Assembly: GCA_011390135.1 (NCBI GenBank)
Contig: JAABSZ010000006.1
Coordinates: 1 to 56,705 of the forward strand
Reading direction: 5' to 3'
DNA: 56,705 nt
DNA from: Desulfobacteraceae bacterium
GTDB taxonomy: Bacteria; Desulfobacterota; Desulfobacteria; Desulfobacterales; JAABSP01
Shown here: one piece after another, positions 19,629 through 27,785 of the stretch
Position numbering within the stretch: position 1 is the first letter of the stretch
Layout: each line of letters opens with the position of its first letter
Notes under the pieces: generated by a model
What the model saw: only the letters and a program-made list of their open reading frames with translations
The model's database searches: none
Told to the model about the DNA's origin: nothing
Position numbers and translations under genes: made by a program

Positions 19629-21569
19629 TCATGCCCGAAGCAGGAGCGTTATGGTGCAGCCGGGGCCGTCGTTGTTTGCCGCGATGACCCGCCCCTTGGC
19701 CAGTTGCATCACCTTGCTGACAAAGGCCAGACCGATACCTGTCCCCCGGATGGCCCCGGAGGTTGCGGGTTCGGCCCGATAGAAGTCGTGGAAGACCTTT
19801 TTCAGGGCATGTCTGGGAATGCCGGGCCCCGTGTCCGATACGTCGATGCGGACCCAACGCCCTTCATGACGGACCCTGATCCTGATCCTTTTCTCCTTTC
19901 CGTCCCGTCCGAACTTCATGCAGTTTTCAATCAGATTGACGAGCACCTGGACCATCACCTCCCGGTCATAGAAGAATGGCCTTTCAATATGATGATCCGT
20001 TTCGATGAGAAAGTTCTCCCGCCGCGCCTTTGCGCCCATGATCTCCACGGTCTCATCAAGCACTTCGGCAAAATTTCCCGATTCCGGCTGCAGCTTGAAC
20101 TGCCTCTTTTCGAGTTTGGAATACTCGAGCACATTGTTGATGAGCCTCGACAGGCGCGCGCTCTCGGAGCCCAAAATCCTGAAGTATTCGGCCTCCCGCT
20201 CCGGGGTGCGTGCGATCCCCTGCTCCAGCATTTCGATGTACATCCGGATATTGGTCAGCGGCGTCTTCAGCTCGTGGGTGACGGAGGAGACGAATTTTGC
20301 CCGGCGCTCGGAGTGGTCCACCACCACCCGTGCGCTGTGGTAGATGGCAAAGAGGCCGATGAGCATGATTCCCCCCAGGACCGCGATCATCAGGCTCAAT
20401 GTAGCCCGGTTTTCCGATGGCGGGATCTTCTGGCTCACCAGGGAGGCCCTCAGAAAGGAGAAGGGGCGGGGAAATCCCCGTTCCAGAGCGAATCGGGGCT
20501 GGGCAACAGATGCCCCTGCGGAGACCGATGCAAGGGATGGCTCGCCGTTCGATGCAGAGAGGCTGAGCCGGGTGAAGTGCGCGATGGGCTGATCACGGAA
20601 ATGGCGGTCTGCAAGGTGATCGAGAAATGGCCGGGTCCAAATCACAAGCCCCTGGCGGTAGATCTGGTTGCCGATCATCACCCGCCGAAAGATGAAGATC
20701 TTTTCCGGATCGATAAAGACGGACTGGATCGGCGCGACTTCGGCCTGGAGCTTTCGGCCGATGGCCGGCTCGGGCCACGGAAATCGATCCCTGGGCTGGG
20801 GCGCGTTCTCCGTTTTTCCCAAAGAAGGAATTCCTTCCCATGAATCCCTTCCGGCTCTCTCCGATGACCTTTCAGAATAGACTTCCGGACTCGGGGCCGG
20901 TGCGGAAGGCCGGATATTTGACAGAAGGCGGCTTTCCGATCTGTCTGTTTCCATCTCGTCGCTCTCGGCCATCTCTTTGGCCTGATTCATGTTGAGGGCC
21001 TGGGCCACGGTGATCTCCTCCACCCGCTTCTTCTCCTGTCCCAGATGCGCCTTCTGCCGGCGGGGACGGGAGAGGAATTTATCGGCAAACCCGGAAGGCT
21101 CCTGCCCGATCTCCCGGAAACTGGCCCGGGGCTCGATTTCATAGGTTGCAGATGCGGCCGTCCGTTTGCTGTTGAAGGCTCCATTTGCCGATTGGAGCTG
21201 CTGAACTACGGGTTCGATATCTGGCTTCATGCCCGATTCCTTGTCCGAAGAGACCGGCATTGTGTCGGAGAGATGGGGGGTCTGAAACGATCCGTCCGGG
21301 TTGTTCTGAAAATAGCCGAGGATGTAATCCTCTGCGGGAAGGGCAGCAAGTCCGGAGCCGGGGTTGTATTCGTCCACGGCCCGGGCCTCCTCCCGCACCA
21401 CCAGTTGCGCCAGTTCGCTTTCCATATCGGAAAACAGGGTCTCGGCAAAGAATCGGAGCCGTGCCATCTCCTCCTGCTCCAGGCTCCCGTAGCTTCCGAG
21501 AATGAAATAGCCCAGCGGGATCGACAACATCAGCCCGAAGATCAGAATCAGTGTGGTCAGCCGTTTCAT
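19629..21569 (-). CDS. Sensor histidine kinase
   Basis: Two TM segments, H-box VTHELKTPL, N-box NLIEN, DTGPG and GTGIGL. Confidence 0.93.
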   Translation of the reverse strand: MKRLTTLILIFGLMLSIPLGYFILGSYGSLEQEEMARLRFFAETLFSDMESELAQLVVREEARAVDEYNPGSGLAALPAEDYILGYFQNNPDGSFQTPHLSDTMPVSSDKESGMKPDIEPVVQQLQSANGAFNSKRTAASATYEIEPRASFREIGQEPSGFADKFLSRPRRQKAHLGQEKKRVEEITVAQALNMNQAKEMAESDEMETDRSESRLLSNIRPSAPAPSPEVYSERSSERAGRDSWEGIPSLGKTENAPQPRDRFPWPEPAIGRKLQAEVAPIQSVFIDPEKIFIFRRVMIGNQIYRQGLVIWTRPFLDHLADRHFRDQPIAHFTRLSLSASNGEPSLASVSAGASVAQPRFALERGFPRPFSFLRASLVSQKIPPSENRATLSLMIAVLGGIMLIGLFAIYHSARVVVDHSERRAKFVSSVTHELKTPLTNIRMYIEMLEQGIARTPEREAEYFRILGSESARLSRLINNVLEYSKLEKRQFKLQPESGNFAEVLDETVEIMGAKARRENFLIETDHHIERPFFYDREVMVQVLVNLIENCMKFGRDGKEKRIRIRVRHEGRWVRIDVSDTGPGIPRHALKKVFHDFYRAEPATSGAIRGTGIGLAFVSKVMQLAKGRVIAANNDGPGCTITLLLRA

Positions 21570-22264
21570 GGGTCCATCTCCAGTCGATATCCCTCTCCCC
21601 GCACTGTGGTGATGAAGGGGGCATCTCCGATCAGCACAGCGATCTTCTTCCGCAGCTTCAGGATATGGATGTCAACGGTTCTCGTCTCGATCTCCGGGTC
21701 CGTATAGTGCCAGACCTCGAGCAGCAGATCCTTTTTGGAGACGATCCGATCCCGGTGGCGGTTGAGATAGAAGATGATCTCCATCTCCCGGCGGGTCAGC
21801 TCCTGACTTTCCGCGCCGCAACTCGCGGTCAGATTCTTTCCGTCGAACGCGATGCCCCGGATCTCAACCGTCTCGTCCCCGAGCATCCTTCCGCTTCTTC
21901 TGAGTACCGCCTCGACCCGGACCATCAGCTCCCGCAGAGAGAAAGGCTTGCTCACATAGTCGTCGGCCCCGGCCTTGAAGCCGGTCACCACATCATCTTC
22001 TGCGCCTTTTGCCGTCAGGATGATGATCCCCTGTTTCGGCTTCTCCTTCCGCACCTGCCGGCAGATGGTAAAGCCGTCCATCGAAGGCAGCATCACATCC
22101 AGCAGGATAAGATCCCACTCGCCCTCCTGTGCGGCCTCCAGCCCCTCCGCGCCGTCTTCGACACCTCTGGCTTCGAATCCGTTGAAGACCAGAACATCGA
22201 GAAGGCCGTTTAAAATGGCCGGATCATCCTCCACCACCAGTATCTTTGCTTTGGGCGATTTCAT
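21566..22264 (-). CDS. OmpR-family response regulator
   Basis: VEDD, LLDVMLP, KPF and winged-helix TVRGEGY; ATG at 22264. Confidence 0.95.
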   Translation of the reverse strand: MKSPKAKILVVEDDPAILNGLLDVLVFNGFEARGVEDGAEGLEAAQEGEWDLILLDVMLPSMDGFTICRQVRKEKPKQGIIILTAKGAEDDVVTGFKAGADDYVSKPFSLRELMVRVEAVLRRSGRMLGDETVEIRGIAFDGKNLTASCGAESQELTRREMEIIFYLNRHRDRIVSKKDLLLEVWHYTDPEIETRTVDIHILKLRKKIAVLIGDAPFITTVRGEGYRLEMDP

Positions 22265-22284
22265 CACTTTATCCGCTCTCCCTA

Positions 22285-22334
22285 GTTCGATTGAATCCGA
22301 TTGGGTTCTATTGAGTCCGATTCGGTTCGATTTG
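22285..22334. repeat. Five imperfect 10-bp tandem repeats upstream of the response regulator
   Basis: gttcgattga/atccgattgg/gttctattga/gtccgattcg/gttcgatttg. Confidence 0.8.
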
Positions 22335-22474
22335 GTGGAAATGTACCATGCCGCGGCAGCGGATGAAAAGCAAAAGTTATGTAAAAAAGCCATTGGATTA
22401 TTTTACATTTCTTTGAATTGCATCTCTTCTGTACGTGCGATAGGCTGGAATCGAAGGCAGAAAATGAAGAGCCG

Positions 22475-22548
22475 TTTACCGGCAAACGGATTTACCGGCA
22501 AACGGATTTACCGGCAAACGGATTTACCGGCAAAAGGATTCACCGGCA
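22475..22548 (+). repeat. 16-bp tandem repeat (about 4.6 copies) in the vWA gene leader
   Basis: tttaccggcaaacgga x3, tttaccggcaaaagga, ttcaccggca. Confidence 0.95.
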
Positions 22549-22566
22549 TAAAAAAAGGAGGCAGCC

Positions 22567-23985
22567 ATGAAAAGAAAGCAAGTGACATCATTTATCGGAA
22601 TCGGGGTTCTGATCCTCATCACCTGTGCGGGCCTGGCATATTCGACCCGGCCAAAAACAGACCCGCCCCCCCCTGTCGCGACAGCCAAAAGCGGAGATAT
22701 CCGCCTCTCTGCGCAGTTGAGCCAGAGCAAAGTAGCCATGAACGGAGACGGAACCGTATCCCTGGAGCTGACCGTTTCGGCCGATTCAATCGCTCCGCCC
22801 GAGGGTTCAGATGCCCGGGGCGCGGACATGGTGATCGTCCTGGATCGAAGCGGCTCCATGTCGGGCCAGAAGATCGAAGACGCCCGCCGCGCGGTTCTCC
22901 AGCTCCTGTCGAATCTCACCGAAAGGGATCGCTTCTCACTGGTGAGCTATTCCGACGGCGTCACCTCCCATTTCCCCCTCTCTTTGATCACCGATTCGAG
23001 CCGCAGACGATTTAGAGCCGAAGTCCGATCGGTCATGCCGGGCGGAGCGACCAATCTGGGCGCAGGTCTTGAAACCGGCATCCGGATCCTGACCGCGGCC
23101 GAAAGCATCGGGAATACGGGCCGTGTGATCCTGATCTCAGACGGCCTGGCCAACCGGGGAGTGGTCGATCCCGCGGCACTGGGAACCATGGCCTCTGCCG
23201 CTCCCCAAGGAGAGTTTGCGGTCAGCACCGTAGGCGTTGGCCTCGACTTCAACGAATCCGTGATGACCGCGATCGCGGACCGGGGCACAGGCCGCTACTA
23301 TTTCATGGAAAATCCGGGCGCGTTTGCCGAGGTCTTTCAAAAGGAGTTCCAGGATGCCCGGATCGTCGTCGGCAGCGGGGTCGAAGTGCGGATTCCGCTG
23401 CCCGAAGGGGTCCGGCTGACCAGCGCATCCGGCTATCCCGTCACGATCAAAGACGGCTACGGCCGCTTCTATCCCGGAGACATCCTTTCCGGCCAGACCC
23501 GGAAGTTCTTTCTTACCCTTACCCTGCCCACGAACCGGGAACAGGCATTCGATATGGGAAAGATTATCGTTGCCTTTCAGAAGAAGAACGAACCTTTTAG
23601 CGTAAAGCTCGATGAGCCCCTAATCATCGCCTGCGTAGCTGATGCAGACGAAGCCCTCTCCTCCATCGACAAAAAGGTCTGGGAGAAGAAGGTGATTTTA
23701 GAGGACTACAACCGGCTCAAAGAGGATGTAGCCGGCTTCATCCGCAAGGGGGAAAAGGGGGAAGCCCTCCGCCGCATCGAAACCTACCAGCAGACACAGC
23801 GGACTGCCAATGCGCCGATCAAATCTGAGGCTGTTACGGAAAACATCGAAAAAGATGCCGATGCCCTGAAGCAGCAGGTGGAAGAGGTCTTTGCCGCACC
23901 GGCCCCGGAGATGGAGCGGGTCCAGAAGAAGGCGGCCAAGGATATGCAGTACGAGGGGTATTCGGGCCGCCGGATGAACAAATAA
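22567..23985 (+). CDS. Exported/membrane-anchored von Willebrand factor A domain protein
   Basis: N-terminal hydrophobic helix; MIDAS LDRSGSM, T in GGATNL, D in ISDGLAN. Confidence 0.92.
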   Translation: MKRKQVTSFIGIGVLILITCAGLAYSTRPKTDPPPPVATAKSGDIRLSAQLSQSKVAMNGDGTVSLELTVSADSIAPPEGSDARGADMVIVLDRSGSMSGQKIEDARRAVLQLLSNLTERDRFSLVSYSDGVTSHFPLSLITDSSRRRFRAEVRSVMPGGATNLGAGLETGIRILTAAESIGNTGRVILISDGLANRGVVDPAALGTMASAAPQGEFAVSTVGVGLDFNESVMTAIADRGTGRYYFMENPGAFAEVFQKEFQDARIVVGSGVEVRIPLPEGVRLTSASGYPVTIKDGYGRFYPGDILSGQTRKFFLTLTLPTNREQAFDMGKIIVAFQKKNEPFSVKLDEPLIIACVADADEALSSIDKKVWEKKVILEDYNRLKEDVAGFIRKGEKGEALRRIETYQQTQRTANAPIKSEAVTENIEKDADALKQQVEEVFAAPAPEMERVQKKAAKDMQYEGYSGRRMNK

Positions 23986-24000
23986 AAAATTTTCAACAGC

Positions 24001-24052
24001 GTCCATTGAGTCCACTTAGTCCACTAGGTCCACTAAGTCTATTTAGTCCACT
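24001..24052. repeat. Six imperfect 9-bp tandem repeats between vWA and pspA-like genes
   Basis: gtccattga/gtccactta/gtccactag/gtccactaa/gtctattta/gtccact. Confidence 0.85.
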
Positions 24053-24088
24053 GCTTAAAGTAAAGATCTGACGGAAAGGAGAGTAACC

Positions 24089-24664
24089 ATGAGCATCATG
24101 ACAAGATTTGTCCGGCTATTTCAAGCCGATGTCCACGGGGTGATGGATAGTCTGGAGGACAAGACCCTGGTCCTGAAGCAGTCCCTGCGGGAGATGGAGG
24201 CGATAATAGATGATCAGAACCGGCACTTGAAGAAGATGAAAGCCGAGCGGGACGCGGCCGCAGAAGAACTCGCGCGCTATAAAAAAGAGAACGATGCGGC
24301 CGAGGCGGACCTGGAGATGGCCGTGCAAAAGGAGAGAGACGACATCGCCCGGTTTCTGATCCGGAAACAGAAGAACCTCCTGCGCCACCGGGATCATCTC
24401 CAAAGCCGGTTGGAGAACCTCGAAGCGGAGATCGGAAAGCTGAAAGAGGAGATCGAGGAGCGGCGGCGCCAGTACGACGATCTTCGCCTCCGTGCAAAGA
24501 CATATCTGAGCCGCCAGGATATCCGCAGACAGCGAACTGATGATTTCGACAACGGCTTTCCCGATGCCCCCGGCATCAGCGACGAAGAGGTGGAGCTGGA
24601 ACTGCTGCGGCGCAAGGAGCGGATGGAAGGCCATAAAAGAGGGGAAGAAAGGGGGGCCCAATGA
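24089..24664 (+). CDS. PspA/IM30 family protein
   Basis: MSIMTRFVRLFQADVHGVMDSLED amphipathic start, LKQSLREME, long coiled coil, 'RDDIAR'. Confidence 0.88.
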   Translation: MSIMTRFVRLFQADVHGVMDSLEDKTLVLKQSLREMEAIIDDQNRHLKKMKAERDAAAEELARYKKENDAAEADLEMAVQKERDDIARFLIRKQKNLLRHRDHLQSRLENLEAEIGKLKEEIEERRRQYDDLRLRAKTYLSRQDIRRQRTDDFDNGFPDAPGISDEEVELELLRRKERMEGHKRGEERGAQ

Positions 24665-25203
24665 TTCGGTTAAGCGTTCGCACCACCATCGTTTTCGGAC
24701 TGGGGGCCGGCCTCTTCTTCATCCCGGCCCGCGCGGTCATCTCCGTTTTTCTCTATGAGCCCCTGGCCTTCCGGCTGACCCTGTGGCTCTGCCTCGCCTT
24801 TTATGCGCTGCTCATGACCCGCTGGAGCCGAAAGGGAACCGCCGCGTTGATCTTTCCCATGCTGCTTCTGCTGATCCCTGCGGTCTGGGGCAGCCCGGTA
24901 CTCTTCCTGCTCCTCTCTCTTGCGGTTCTGAGCTGGCTGCGAAGCGGCCTCTTTTTTCCGGGAAGACTTGCGGCAAAGATCCCGGCCGAACTCTGCCTCA
25001 CCCTGGGCGGTGCGGCCCTGGTCGATTATTTTTCCCCTCATACGCCCCTCTCCTGGGCATTGGGAATCTGGCTCTTTTTTCTGGTGCAGGGGCTCTACTT
25101 CCTGATTTTTGCCGAAGAAGGTCGGCGCGGGAAAGAGGATCAAACATCCGCATTCGAACGGGCTCGAAGGGAGAGCGAAGAGATCCTGTCGGGCCAGCAG
25201 TGA
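24661..25203 (+). CDS. Hypothetical integral membrane protein
   Basis: About 6 hydrophobic segments; ATGA overlap with the pspA-like gene. Confidence 0.8.
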   Translation: MIRLSVRTTIVFGLGAGLFFIPARAVISVFLYEPLAFRLTLWLCLAFYALLMTRWSRKGTAALIFPMLLLLIPAVWGSPVLFLLLSLAVLSWLRSGLFFPGRLAAKIPAELCLTLGGAALVDYFSPHTPLSWALGIWLFFLVQGLYFLIFAEEGRRGKEDQTSAFERARRESEEILSGQQ

Positions 25204-25238
25204 AGCTGATTTTCCTTGATGTTGACGCGAAAAAGCTC

Positions 25239-25269
25239 TGTAAGCGCATCAAATTCTGATGCGTTTACA
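25239..25269. terminator. Probable bidirectional terminator
   Basis: tgtaagcgcatca-aattc-tgatgcgtttaca hairpin between convergent genes. Confidence 0.7.
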
Positions 25270-25279
25270 GGCGTCTCTT

Positions 25280-26200
25280 TCAGGACATCCCCACCACCTC
25301 ATAGAGAGTATGCTCCCCGGCCTTGCCCCGGATGTGGATCTTTGCCGTGATGCCGGTTTGGAGACGGTCTTTGAGGAGGTTGTAGACCTTCTCTGAAATG
25401 AGAAAGGATGTCCCCAGATCCTTGTTGGCCGATTCGATCCGGCTGGCTAGGTTGACCGCATCTCCGATGATGGTCTGCTTGCAGTCCTTCTTGGTTCCCA
25501 CGGTTCCGGCCACCACCATGCCGCAATGGAGTCCGATACCGATTTTAAATTCCCGGTTCCAGTTTTCGGCAACATAGGGAGCCATCCGCTCCTTTACCTC
25601 TTTGAGCATCTCGATCCCCGCACGAACCGAGCCATATGCCCCTGCCAAGGGATCTTCAGACTCGAAAAGCGCCATGAGCCCGTCGCCCATATAGTTGTCG
25701 ATAAATCCCCCGTAGTTTTCGATGATCCGGTTCATCCGGTGGAAATACCGCTTGAGCAGATGGATCACGTCATAGGGCAGCAGCGCCTCGGAGAGCGAGG
25801 TGAATCCCCGGATATCGGCAAAGAGGATGAAGAGGAATTTCTCGGTTCCTGCGATGTTCCATTCGGGCCCATTGACAAAGAGGCTGGTGATTTCGATATC
25901 CGCTTCATCCTGCACCAGCCGGCGCAGGGTGATATCTCCGCTGCCCCGGATATGGGTCTGGCAGGAGAGGCGGATCTCCGGCGGAAAGGCCATCTTCTCT
26001 GCAATGGCCGTTTCGGCAATGGTTCGGGGGGAACAGTGATCCAATCCCTCCCGGATCATCACCCGGCAGGTGCTGCAGCGCCCCCGCCCCCCGCAGATAC
26101 GTGTCAGGGGTATGTCGTGACGCTCTGCGGCCTTTAAAAGGGTTTCATCGGGGTCGGCTTCGATGGCTCTGCGGTCAGGTGCAAAAAAGATTTTCGGCAT
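25280..26200 (-). CDS. 2Fe-2S ferredoxin-fused class III nucleotidyl cyclase
   Basis: CGGRGRCSTC...RLSC; FADIRGFT, MGDG, IGDAVNLASRIE. Confidence 0.92.
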   Translation of the reverse strand: MPKIFFAPDRRAIEADPDETLLKAAERHDIPLTRICGGRGRCSTCRVMIREGLDHCSPRTIAETAIAEKMAFPPEIRLSCQTHIRGSGDITLRRLVQDEADIEITSLFVNGPEWNIAGTEKFLFILFADIRGFTSLSEALLPYDVIHLLKRYFHRMNRIIENYGGFIDNYMGDGLMALFESEDPLAGAYGSVRAGIEMLKEVKERMAPYVAENWNREFKIGIGLHCGMVVAGTVGTKKDCKQTIIGDAVNLASRIESANKDLGTSFLISEKVYNLLKDRLQTGITAKIHIRGKAGEHTLYEVVGMS

Positions 26201-26271
26201 CTCACTTCTCTCTCGTTTAAAAAAGATATCCCGAAGAACGGATACCACATCAGAGGAAAAAGCGCAATGAT

Positions 26272-27183
26272 TCAGATTGGTTCATTAATGGTTTCAAACC
26301 GAAAATCCTTTTCCGCCGCAAGATTGAGCGCCAATCCGAGCTTTTCCTCCGCGATTCCCGCAGCCAGCCCCAGAAGCTGCGGCAGATACAGCACGGAAAT
26401 ATGAAGATCCTCCTCCGCAAGGCGCGATGCCCGATTCTGATAGGCCTCCAGGTTGATCTGGCACATGGGGCAGACGGTCACCAGCAGATCCGCGCCTTTT
26501 GCGGCCTTCAGGATATCCGTGACCAGCGAGATGCCCACTTCAGGGTGGGTATTCATATGGGCTGCGCCGCAGCAGCGGGCCGACAGATTCCAGGGGAAGA
26601 CGTGGGCCCCTGCGGCCCGGATCAGCGGGTTCATTGTTCCGGGGATCTCCGGGTCATCAAAGACCGCATATGGCCGCAGGCATTGGCATCCGTAATAGGG
26701 GGCCACCTGCAGGCCCGAGAGGGGATTTGTGACCGCATGCCCAACGCGGGAAGCGCCGATGTCTTTGGCCAGCACATCCAGCAGATGACGGCTCTGGACT
26801 CCGCCCTTGTATTGCAGATCCTTTTCCGCGAGCACGGCATTGACCCGGGCCCTCAGAGCCGGGTTTCGGGCCGTCTCCGCCTCGGCGCGCTTCAGGTTAA
26901 GATAGCACGCGCTGCAAGGGGACAGGATGTCCCATGCCGCTGTCGATTTCGATGCTTGGGCCGCTGCCTCCGCCTTGGCCAGATTGAGGGCCGGCAGCGC
27001 CAGGGAGAGCAGCTCTCCTTGGGCCGCGGCCGCGCTGGCCCCGCAGCAGTTCCAGTCCGGTATGTCCGTCAGCTCGATTTCCAGAGCGGCCATCAGTGAG
27101 CGGGTGGAGATGTCATACTCTTTGGCCGTGCCCTCCAGAGAGCAGCCGGGATAGTAGAAGTAGCGATGGGTGAAATTCTTCAT
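26272..27183 (-). CDS. hdrB: Heterodisulfide reductase subunit B-like
   Basis: YYPGC, WNCCGA, CSACY, YYGC, CCG, CPMC (two CCG domains). Confidence 0.92.
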   Translation of the reverse strand: MKNFTHRYFYYPGCSLEGTAKEYDISTRSLMAALEIELTDIPDWNCCGASAAAAQGELLSLALPALNLAKAEAAAQASKSTAAWDILSPCSACYLNLKRAEAETARNPALRARVNAVLAEKDLQYKGGVQSRHLLDVLAKDIGASRVGHAVTNPLSGLQVAPYYGCQCLRPYAVFDDPEIPGTMNPLIRAAGAHVFPWNLSARCCGAAHMNTHPEVGISLVTDILKAAKGADLLVTVCPMCQINLEAYQNRASRLAEEDLHISVLYLPQLLGLAAGIAEEKLGLALNLAAEKDFRFETINEPI

Positions 27184-27785
27184 GATGACGCCTCCAGTTC
27201 CCTGGCTTTTTGGAAGATCGGGTCCAGCGCGCCGTTGCCGGCCGAGGGAAATCCGGGCTTAACTTTGCCCTTGGCCATCAGGCGGATGGCAAGAGGCGCG
27301 AAGGAGAATGGCAGAAACGGGTTTTTCATGGACAGAAAAAAGAGGGTCATGAATTCGGTCTCCCGCACTCTTCCGTGGCGGCGGACGCTCTCGAGAAAGC
27401 TGGCGTAGAAGTGGATGTTCTTTTTCGCCTTTTCCGGATAATGGCGGGTCTGGATGCGCTTCAATGCTTGGATGGCGTCTGTGAGCGGCAGGCCCCGGGG
27501 GCAGCGCAGGGTGCAGGTGTAACAGGATGAACAGAGGGTGAAGGTTTTTGTGTTGAAGAGTTCTTCTGCGATCTTTTCATCTTCTCCCATGATGACCATC
27601 CGCCACATGCCGCGGGGAGAGATGTCCATGGCAAAGGCGTTGGGGCAGGAGCCGGTGCAGGTGCCGCACTGGATGCAGGCTTGGATCATTTCTCGGACCG
27701 GGGCGAGGATGTCCGGCGGGTTGGTTGGGGTTTTGTGGACCGAGTGGACAGAGTGGGCTGGGGGATTTTTTTGAGCTGTTTTCAT
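27180..27785 (-). CDS. hdrC: Heterodisulfide reductase subunit C-like
   Basis: CIQCGTCTGSCP and CSSCYTCTLRCPRG; ATG at 27785 overlaps the upstream stop. Confidence 0.9.
   Translation of the reverse strand: MKTAQKNPPAHSVHSVHKTPTNPPDILAPVREMIQACIQCGTCTGSCPNAFAMDISPRGMWRMVIMGEDEKIAEELFNTKTFTLCSSCYTCTLRCPRGLPLTDAIQALKRIQTRHYPEKAKKNIHFYASFLESVRRHGRVRETEFMTLFFLSMKNPFLPFSFAPLAIRLMAKGKVKPGFPSAGNGALDPIFQKARELEASS

Noticed and set aside
1-24052. CRISPR arrays at the repeats (1-192, 2679-3400, 22475-22548, 24001-24052)
   Set aside because: All are tandem or coding repeats without unique spacers; no cas genes.
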